A stretch of DNA of 64,000 nt from Candidatus Eiseniibacteriota bacterium (GTDB taxonomy: Bacteria > Eisenbacteria > RBG-16-71-46 > CAIMUX01 > VGJL01). Location of the stretch: assembly GCA_041946735.1 (NCBI GenBank), contig JBHGAY010000018.1, forward strand, positions 53,337 to 117,336, given 5' to 3'. Below are positions 41,001-47,576 of the stretch, one piece after another (position 1 is the first letter of the stretch; each line of letters starts with the position of its first letter). Under the pieces are notes generated by a model. The model searched no databases, was not told the origin of the DNA, and saw nothing but the letters and a program-made list of their open reading frames with translations. A program made the position numbers and the translations under genes.

Positions 41001-41393
41001 GGCTCCGGCCGCCGCGCACGGCCCGCGCTCGCAGCCCCGCAGTCCCGACTCCGGACCGGGGAGGAACGGGCCGCCCGAGCGCGGCGAGACCTCGACGCCG
41101 AGGACCGGATGGATCCCGGCCGCCGCGCACGACTTGAGAAACGGGATCGCTCCATAGAGGTTGTCGCGGTCGGCGAGCGCGAGGCCGGGGAATCCGAGAT
41201 CGGCCGCCCGCGCGACGAGGCGGTCGGGGAGCGCCGTGCCGCGTCCGATCGAGTAGGCGCTGCGGGCGAGCAGCGGAACGGGGGGCGGCCCCGGCGCGCC
41301 GCGCGGCGAGCGGACGCCGGCGCTCGGGCTCGGGCTCGGGCTCCGGCCGCGGCCGGGGCCGGAGCTGGGGCGGGCGCTGGAGCGGCGCGGCAC
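38034..41393 (-). CDS. dnaE2: DNA polymerase III alpha subunit, error-prone DnaE2 type
   Basis: Degenerate PHP (LLARSAYS), GRGSGASSLV, PDLDIDL, KIDLLG, FQIESPGMR, YAFCKAH, LLNNQAGMYP, FLTLED OB fold; short C-terminus. Confidence 0.88.
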   Translation of the reverse strand: MPRRSSARPSSGPGRGRSPSPSPSAGVRSPRGAPGPPPVPLLARSAYSIGRGTALPDRLVARAADLGFPGLALADRDNLYGAIPFLKSCAAAGIHPVLGVEVSPRSGGPFLPGPESGLRGCERGPCAAAGALVLLVREPAGYASVCRILTARALAPEFDLIESVAHDCEGIAVLAREPEQLASLGGRLPRGALHALIVRPSPDREAEARLREEARRRSIPLLGSVDVYMAAPEEAEAHRVLAAIRELDLVSRLPDAALAPPSSYLADPGEVFDLFHDDPWLLAAARDLALSCRFSAADLARPGSLFPKLPLPEGETAYDRLHRMAQDGLRRRYRAVTREIVQRLAWELEQIDTLGFTDYFVVVGEIVAVARARAIPMVGRGSGASSLVSYLLGITNVDPIRYRLTFERFLHRLRRDLPDLDIDLCWRRRDEVIRHVYETYGADRVAMISTHAFYRARGAFREAAKALGITSAQIDRLARAIPSFADGPIAEAIRSTPLGRRLDLDAPPLAGAVAAAGRILGLPHTLGIHPGGIVIGPGPLDTWVPLEQATKGIVVTQYEMDAVEAVGLVKIDLLGNRSLTTIGETRERIRASGGEPPDLDALPGEDEATGRMLEAGDALGCFQIESPGMRNALKQLRTRDLEGTIAALSLIRPGPSSSGMKERFVRRARGLEPATYLHPSLEPILSSTYGILLFEEDVLCVASVIGGFDRALGDLLRRAIASAAAVSADPSLGERPYPRVPDPGRDGEDPWKGRPMRELENRFLTCAIRNGIAPDVARAVWEEMERFGSYAFCKAHASGYGVLAWQTSWLKAHHPGPFWAALLNNQAGMYPLRVHLEDARRHGLAIAPPCVHRSEAGWSWEDGSRLRCGLAQVKRLTRRTLDAILRCREEGPFEDLEDFLARTGASLAETASLVLCGALDGVGPGPRPARLWRLECFARSGHTPRGNGSARLGLAQPRAAAGGAAQGGPWHEFDEARRVRHELETLELAITAHPVAVLRKQGRLPSATPAALLPDEGTARVLGIASAARRLLTKKGEPMLFLTLEDDTGLAECVLFPPVYARYGDRVRGGALLLASGRVESAYGAPSLEVERLDRVAVADPLPESIGPLGSPRAPTGFE

Positions 41394-41426
41394 TTGTCCC
41401 TCCTTTCCTCTCCCCCTCCGTCATAC

Positions 41427-41440
41427 CATACGAGTGTTTG
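41427..41440. promoter_or_regulatory. Putative LexA (SOS) box inside the dnaE2 promoter
   Basis: CAAAC-ACTC-GTATG resembles CGAAC-N4-GTTCG; lies between TTGTAG and TG-G-TATGAC on the minus strand. Confidence 0.5.
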
Positions 41441-41530
41441 TGTCTACAAGAGCCCGACTCTCTGGCGCCCGGCGCAGCGGGCGGAGAAACCGCATGAGGA
41501 TCGGCGCGGGATCGACTAAAGAACAGCGAG

Positions 41531-42244
41531 TTAGGCGACGGGCGGAGCGGCGGAATCCCGGCAGGCGGCGGCGACCACGTCGAGCAGCTCCGGGAAGGCG
41601 CGGACAACCCAGTCCGTGTCGCGAGGGCGCGTCGCGGCAACGGCCGGAAGGGTCTCCTCGAGCATTCCGAGAATGAGGACGGTGCGCATCCCGGCGGCGC
41701 GCGCCCCTTCGTGCTCCCGGCTTCCTCCGTCCCCCACGTAGAGACAGCTCTCCGGCTCGACGCCGATCCGGGAGGCAGCGAGGCGGTAGATCGCGGGGTC
41801 GGGCTTCGCGATCTTCTCATGGCAGGAGAAGAGAGGGACGTCGATTCGCAGGGCGAGCGGCGACTCGGGCCAGGCGGCGATCTCGTCGTAGTAGGCATTG
41901 CTGATGAGGCCCAGCGAGAGACCGCGCTCGCGCAACCGGTCGAGCGTCTCGAGGACGTCCGCGCGCACCTCGAGGAGGGCATGCCGGAAGCGAGCGGCGC
42001 GCCCGGCGACCGCCTCGCGGACCTTCTCGTCCGGGATGGCGGGGTCGATGCCATGGACGATCGTCCGCACCGATTCGAACGGATCCTCGATCGCCCCGAG
42101 CGCGTGATGCCGCGATTCCTCGATCACGCGCAGATTCCAGCGAGCGGGATCGAGGCCGAGGATCTCGGCCGTCGAACGGCCCGGAGCCCGGTTGACGTCG
42201 ATCAGCGTGTGGAAGAGATCGAACAGCACGGCGTGCAGAGGCAT
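41531..42244 (-). CDS. HAD-superfamily hydrolase
   Basis: VLFDLFHTL, LISNA, KPDPAIY, YVGDGG. Confidence 0.9.
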   Translation of the reverse strand: MPLHAVLFDLFHTLIDVNRAPGRSTAEILGLDPARWNLRVIEESRHHALGAIEDPFESVRTIVHGIDPAIPDEKVREAVAGRAARFRHALLEVRADVLETLDRLRERGLSLGLISNAYYDEIAAWPESPLALRIDVPLFSCHEKIAKPDPAIYRLAASRIGVEPESCLYVGDGGSREHEGARAAGMRTVLILGMLEETLPAVAATRPRDTDWVVRAFPELLDVVAAACRDSAAPPVA

Positions 42245-42398
42245 GCCCGCACTCTAGCGGTCCGCGCTCTCCCGCGGCAACGAGGCGTGATGATACGATC
42301 CCCGGTCCCGCCGGCGGGACGCCCGCGGTTGCGGGCGCCGCGGCCCCGCCTCACCGGCGGCAGACGAGACCGATCACCCACGACCGACGGAGGTCCCG

Positions 42399-42872
42399 AT
42401 GCCAGTGAAGCCGATCCCGGATGGATACCACGCAGTCACCCCGTACCTGATCGTCCACGACGCCGCGAAGGCGCTCGACTACTACCAGAAGGTGTTCGGC
42501 GCGCAGGAGACGTTTCGGATGGCGTCGCCGGACGGCAGGATCGGCCACGCCGAGATCCGGATCGGAAACTCCGTCGTGATGCTGGCCGACGAGCACCCGG
42601 AGATGGGCTATCGCTCGGCGGCCACGATCGGATCGACCCCGGTCAGCCTGCTTCTCTACGTCGAGGACGTCGACGCCATCTTCCGTCGCGCGATCGAGGC
42701 CGGTGCGCGCGAGCTGCGCCCGGTCAATGACCAGTTCTACGGCGACCGGACCGGCACCCTCGAGGACCCGTTCCATCACGTCTGGACGATCGCGACCCAC
42801 AAGGAGGACCTGAGCGAGGAGGAGATGCTCCGCCGCCAGAAGGAGATGCGGGAGAAGAAGGCGGGGGCCTGA
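42399..42872 (+). CDS. VOC/glyoxalase (PhnB-like) family protein
   Basis: PIPDGYHAVTPYL, HAEIRIG, MLADE, QFYGDR, DPFHHVW. Confidence 0.93.
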   Translation: MPVKPIPDGYHAVTPYLIVHDAAKALDYYQKVFGAQETFRMASPDGRIGHAEIRIGNSVVMLADEHPEMGYRSAATIGSTPVSLLLYVEDVDAIFRRAIEAGARELRPVNDQFYGDRTGTLEDPFHHVWTIATHKEDLSEEEMLRRQKEMREKKAGA

Positions 42873-42912
42873 GCCTCCCCTTGCCGATCGGCCGGTCCGG
42901 ACCCGGCCGGGG

Positions 42913-43821
42913 TCAGAGATCGCGGCGGCGGAACGATCGGACCGCGAGCCATAGCAGGACGGCCGCGTAGAGCGCCGCGTAGATGACCATCGCCGGGCTC
43001 GGCGCGGTCGCGGTCGCGAACGGCCCGAAGCCGAGCTGGCGGATCGCCGGCGGCTGCATCAGATAGGCGGCCCGCCGCCAGAGCGCTTCGCTCGGGGCGA
43101 GCAGGCTGACGACGATCCCGAGATTCGCGAGGGTGGCGTTGCGCAGGAACGCGCCTATCTGCTCGCACCATCCGCCGATGAACGCGAGCGCGTAGAGCAT
43201 GAAAACCACGACGCCGTTGGCGAGCGTCGGCATGCGCGTGCCGCCGAGGATCGAGAGGCTCAGGATCACCATCCCTTCGAGGATCATGAGCGCCAGCGCC
43301 TGCACGGGGTTCGGCGGCACGTAGCCGCTCAGTCCCCAGACGATCGCGATCATCGCGGCCCCCATCAGCGCGACGAACAGCGCGACGAGCCCTGCGAGCC
43401 CGAGCCAGCGCCCGGCGATGATCTTCCAGCGAGCGATCGGCTTCGTGACGATCGTCTGGATCGTCCCGGAGGCGATCTCTCCCGCGATCGCGTCCACCGA
43501 AGCGAGCACGGTGAGCACGACGGTCAGGAAGTTGACCACGTAGAGCCCGGTCAGCAGGAAGAAGTTCCAGACCTCCGGCCGCTCCCCGACGATCGAGCCA
43601 CCCGCGCTGCGATGGACGAAGTAGAAGCCGATCGTGAAGAGCGTGAGGAAAACGATCCCCATCAGCGCGACCGCGAGGACGAGGCGGCGCCGGCGCGCTT
43701 CGCGAAGCGTGAGCCGCGCGATCGTTCCGACGCCGTGCCCGGGGCGCCGGATCGTGGCGTCGCGATCCGGGTCGATCGACGTCCGGCCGCCCGAGGGAGC
43801 CACAGGCGCGAGGCGGCTCAT
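42913..43821 (-). CDS. ABC-2 type transporter permease
   Basis: IARLTLREARRRR, EIASGTIQTIVTKPIAR, about 6 TM segments, C-terminal FRRRDL. Confidence 0.9.
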   Translation of the reverse strand: MSRLAPVAPSGGRTSIDPDRDATIRRPGHGVGTIARLTLREARRRRLVLAVALMGIVFLTLFTIGFYFVHRSAGGSIVGERPEVWNFFLLTGLYVVNFLTVVLTVLASVDAIAGEIASGTIQTIVTKPIARWKIIAGRWLGLAGLVALFVALMGAAMIAIVWGLSGYVPPNPVQALALMILEGMVILSLSILGGTRMPTLANGVVVFMLYALAFIGGWCEQIGAFLRNATLANLGIVVSLLAPSEALWRRAAYLMQPPAIRQLGFGPFATATAPSPAMVIYAALYAAVLLWLAVRSFRRRDL

Positions 43822-44843
43822 CGCGCATCCTCCAGGATCCGGACGAACATCTCCTCGAGAGAGAGCCGGCGCGGCGCGAAACGATAGAGGCGCGCCCCGC
43901 CGGCGACCAGCGCCTCCGCGATCGCCGGGAGATCCTCCTTGCGCGCGACCAGCAGCCGCGCGCGCGACCCGTCCGGCTCGGCCGTGGCGACGCGCCCGCC
44001 GGAGAGCGCGAGGCGATCGAGCAGCGCTGGGGTCAGGCCGTCCGCGTGCACCTCGACCTCCAGCTCGCCGGCCGAGAGCTGATCGAGCGTCCCGAGGCGG
44101 GCGATCCTCCCCGCCTTGAGGATCGCGATCCGGTCGCACGTCGACTCCACTTCGCCCAGCAGGTGCGAGTTCAGCAGCACCGCCGCTCCGCCGGCGCGCT
44201 GCTCGCGCAGGATCTCGCGCACCTCGCGCCGCCCGATCGGATCGAGCCCGGAGGTCGGCTCGTCGAGGACGACCAGGTCCGGGTCGGGCAGAATCGCCTG
44301 CGCGAGCCCGATCCGTTGCGACATCCCCTTGGAGAACTCGCCGAGGCGCGTCCGCGCGCGATCGCCGAGGCCGACCCTCTCGAGCAGCTCCGGGACCCGC
44401 ACGCGCAGGCGCGCCGCATCGATCCCATAGAGGCGGCCGTGCATCTCGAGCAGCTCGGCGGCGGTGAGCCATCCGGGAAAGCGGAAGTGCTCGGGCAGGA
44501 AGCCGACGCGCGCCATTGCCTCCGGATCGCCCGGACGCCTCCCGAGCACGCGAGCCTCGCCCGCGCTCGGACGCACGAGCCCGAGCAGCATCTTGATCGT
44601 CGTCGTCTTGCCGGCGCCGTTGGGACCGAGGAAGCCGAAGATCTCGCCGGGACGGACATCGAAGCTGACGCGGTCGACCGCGACGATCGGGGTCGCGGCG
44701 CCGCGGCGCCCTCTCGAGCCTCTCGAGCCTCTCGAGCCTCCCGAACCTCCCGACCCTCCCGAACGCTCCGCGCCGCCTCCGCCCGCCGGGGCGAAGGTCT
44801 TGCGCAGATCACGCGTCTCGATGACCGGCCCCTCGATCCTCAT
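43818..44843 (-). CDS. ABC transporter ATP-binding protein
   Basis: GPNGAGKTT, FSKGMSQR, LDEPTSGLD, NSH. Confidence 0.95.
   Translation of the reverse strand: MRIEGPVIETRDLRKTFAPAGGGGAERSGGSGGSGGSRGSRGSRGRRGAATPIVAVDRVSFDVRPGEIFGFLGPNGAGKTTTIKMLLGLVRPSAGEARVLGRRPGDPEAMARVGFLPEHFRFPGWLTAAELLEMHGRLYGIDAARLRVRVPELLERVGLGDRARTRLGEFSKGMSQRIGLAQAILPDPDLVVLDEPTSGLDPIGRREVREILREQRAGGAAVLLNSHLLGEVESTCDRIAILKAGRIARLGTLDQLSAGELEVEVHADGLTPALLDRLALSGGRVATAEPDGSRARLLVARKEDLPAIAEALVAGGARLYRFAPRRLSLEEMFVRILEDAR
44710..44764. repeat. 9-bp tandem repeat encoding a GGS/RGS insert in the ABC ATPase
   Basis: cctctcgag x3 followed by cctcccgaa/cctcccgac variants. Confidence 0.75.
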
Positions 44844-46183
44844 CGCATCGACTCGGCGATTCGCAGAAGCTCCGACGCGGTGATGCGGCTCCCGGCGAGC
44901 GAGGTGACGACGCCGTCCCGCTGCCACAAGAGCATGCCGACGCGGGCGCGCTCCGCCTTGCGCTCCGGCTCGGCGCCTTCCCGGTCCCCGTCTTCCCGAT
45001 CGCCGTCCGCTTCGCTCCGTCCCCGATGCTCCCCGGTGATTGGCTCGGCGGTTCCCTCCATGTAGAGCGCCGGAGTCCCCCCCAGATCGATCTCACGGAA
45101 GTTGAACATCCCCGCCGGCATCGGAATCACGAGCGTCGAGGTCCAGTCGATCGCGCGCGCGACGCGCTCCGCATCGGCGCGCGGCAGCCCGAGCATCTCG
45201 AGGTAGGTCGTCCCGAGGGCCGCGGCGTCCACACCGGGCGGGAAGGTCACGCTGGGGGCGGGAGCCTGCACGATCTCGATCGAAGCGGTCTTCTTCTCCG
45301 TTCCCGGCTCGCCGGCTTCCGCGGGGACCGTGTAGACCTGGCGCACGATGGCTGCGACCTCCGCTCGCACGCTGGCCGGCGTTCCCTCGGGGAGCTCCGG
45401 CAGATCGATTCCCGAGATGCCCGCCGCCGCCAGCTCCGCTTCGACCGCCCGCGGGTCGAACTCGAACCGGAGCACCGGTCCGGGCGATACGACGGCGAAT
45501 CGCTCGAGCGCGGTCCCGGCGGGGAGCTCCGAGGGGGCGAGGACGTCGAAGCCGGCGAGCGCGGAAGCCTCCGACGCCGAGGCGGCATCGCGCGGCTCCC
45601 CCGGCTTCCGGTCGACGATCGGCCGGACGATCCCCCCTTCCCGCAACCGCTCGCCGAGAGCCGCCAGCTTCTCGAGCTGCGCGCGGTCGACGGAGACGGC
45701 GGAGAACTGCTGCACGCGAAAGATGCCGAGGAAATCGGCCAGGACCTCGCGGGCCGGGGCATAGGAGATGCAGGCGAGCAACGCAGCGGCGGCGGCGAAC
45801 GCGACGGCCGCGGCACGCCAGCGCAGCGGGGCAGCGCGCAACCGCTCGCGCCACGAAGCTGCGTGCTCCTGCTCGTGCTTCGGCGCCCGTTCCTGCTCGT
45901 GCGCCGGCGCCGCCGCGGCAGGCTCCTGCGCGCGCGCGCGGAACCGCTGGTACGCGAGGGCGACATCCGGCCGCGCGTCCGATCCTTCCGCATCGAGAAG
46001 GGCGAGCCTCTCAGCGGTCTCGCGCTCCCGCGCCTCCATCGACTCGAGCGTGCGCCGGCATGCCTCGCACTCGCGCAAGTGCGATTCCACTTCCTCGCGC
46101 TCCTCGCGGTCTTTGGCCGGAAGGTCTCCCGGCTCCGCGCGCCCGATCCGGTACGCTTCGAGCCTGTCGGGTTCACACCTCAT
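44840..46183 (-). CDS. Anti-sigma factor (zinc-binding HxxxCxxC, TM helix, extracytoplasmic domain)
   Basis: HLRECEAC; TM AAAVAFAAAAALLACISY; overlaps the sigma gene. Confidence 0.8.
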   Translation of the reverse strand: MRCEPDRLEAYRIGRAEPGDLPAKDREEREEVESHLRECEACRRTLESMEARERETAERLALLDAEGSDARPDVALAYQRFRARAQEPAAAAPAHEQERAPKHEQEHAASWRERLRAAPLRWRAAAVAFAAAAALLACISYAPAREVLADFLGIFRVQQFSAVSVDRAQLEKLAALGERLREGGIVRPIVDRKPGEPRDAASASEASALAGFDVLAPSELPAGTALERFAVVSPGPVLRFEFDPRAVEAELAAAGISGIDLPELPEGTPASVRAEVAAIVRQVYTVPAEAGEPGTEKKTASIEIVQAPAPSVTFPPGVDAAALGTTYLEMLGLPRADAERVARAIDWTSTLVIPMPAGMFNFREIDLGGTPALYMEGTAEPITGEHRGRSEADGDREDGDREGAEPERKAERARVGMLLWQRDGVVTSLAGSRITASELLRIAESMR

Positions 46184-46826
46184 GTCGATCCTCCTTGGGC
46201 CGGCTCGATCGAGCCGCCGTTTGCGCGCTCCGCCCGCTCTTCGAGAGCAAGGCGTGCAGGAACGCCTCTTCGGCGCGGGCGAGGAGCGTGCCGATCGACG
46301 CCGGAGAGACGTCGAGAATTGCGGCGATCTCGCGGTAACGGAGACCCGAGTGGCGGAGCAGCAGGATTCGCTCCTGCCGGTCGGGGAGCGAGGCGAGGAC
46401 CTCCCGCACCGCTTCGCGCTCTCGCTGCCGGACGAGCGTCTCGGCCGGGTCCAGCCCGGCGCGCCCGGCTCGTTCCGCCTCCTCCGCCTCGCCCGCCCTG
46501 CGATCCCGCACGAAGCGTCGTCGCCGGTCCCGGCGGGCATTACTCGCCAGGTTCATCGCGACACGATAGAGCCACGCGCGCAACGCTTCCGCGGCCGGCT
46601 CCTTCCCGTCCCCCGAGGAGTCCGGGCGCTCGTCGCGCCCTTCGGCGGCCGCCGCCCCGCTGCGATAGCAGCGGAGGAAGGTCTCCTGGGCCAGGTCCTC
46701 GGCTTCGGCTCGCGATCCGGTATGGCGATAGAGGAGGCGGTAGATCCCGTCGTAGTGGGCGTGAAAGAGCTGCTCGAATCGAGTCTCGTCCCAGCCGCTC
46801 CCGATTCCCGACTGCCGTCCATCCAA
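46173..46826 (-). CDS. ECF sigma-70 factor
   Basis: AEDLAQETFLR, WLYRVAMN, GLRYREIAAIL...GTLLARA; start uncertain (TTG 46826 with GGAGG used). Confidence 0.9.
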   Translation of the reverse strand: MDGRQSGIGSGWDETRFEQLFHAHYDGIYRLLYRHTGSRAEAEDLAQETFLRCYRSGAAAAEGRDERPDSSGDGKEPAAEALRAWLYRVAMNLASNARRDRRRRFVRDRRAGEAEEAERAGRAGLDPAETLVRQREREAVREVLASLPDRQERILLLRHSGLRYREIAAILDVSPASIGTLLARAEEAFLHALLSKSGRSAQTAARSSRPKEDRHEV

Positions 46827-46958
46827 CCGATCCGGCCCTCCGTCCTGCCCGCCATCCGATGCAGAACACACCGCGGCGACCCGGAATGTGACACGCCTTC
46901 GCAATTCACCGGACGCCTGTCGCCGCGGCCCGCGCCGGCGCCGCAACAGGCCCTGCCG

Positions 46959-47378
46959 CTACGAGCCGATCTTGATCTTCGCGAGCCGCAGGACGCTCGC
47001 CACGTCCTGCTTCGTCCGGACCTCGACGCGCACCGCTCGGCCTTCGGGATAGCGGCGCGCCTCGTTCACGATCCGGCGCACCGCCTCCGGCAGCTCCTCC
47101 CCGGACGCCGCCTCCACGCATGCCTTCTCGTTGAGAGCGAAGGCCGCCGTCACCTGTTCCTTCCCGGGAATCAGATAGAGGACCGTCCGCTTGCCGTCCT
47201 TCAACGCGAGCGACCAGCCGTACGCCTTCCCGCCATAGCTCCACTTGCCGGACAGCCGCGGGACGATCGCCCCGACTCCCTCCACGATCCCGCTCCACAC
47301 CGCCGCGGCTCGCCCGAGCGCCCCGGCCAGATCTTCCTGGCCGGGAGGCGCCTGGCGATCGAGAAACGCGCTTGGCAC
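46959..47378 (-). CDS. DUF3788-like protein
   Basis: WSYGGKAYGW, KRTVLYLIP, RRYPEGR, LAKIK. Confidence 0.75.
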   Translation of the reverse strand: MPSAFLDRQAPPGQEDLAGALGRAAAVWSGIVEGVGAIVPRLSGKWSYGGKAYGWSLALKDGKRTVLYLIPGKEQVTAAFALNEKACVEAASGEELPEAVRRIVNEARRYPEGRAVRVEVRTKQDVASVLRLAKIKIGS

Positions 47379-47459
47379 TCCCACATTCCCCCTTTCCCTT
47401 CCGTCCCGGGACGATCTGACCACAGACCTCGCGGCGCGGGAAGGGAGAGACGACCGGCG

Positions 47460-47556
47460 GCGGGACGGGACCCGATGGAACGGAGCGGAATCGGGATGGC
47501 AGGGGACGGAATGGGAAGAGACGGAAGGGATGGGACGAATGGGATGGATGGGACGG
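47460..47556. repeat. Purine-rich low-complexity tract of GGA(C/T)GG-like units
   Basis: gggacgggac...gggatgggacgaatgggatggatgggacgg. Confidence 0.55.
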
Positions 47557-47576
47557 CCGCGATCACGCCCGCGCGC

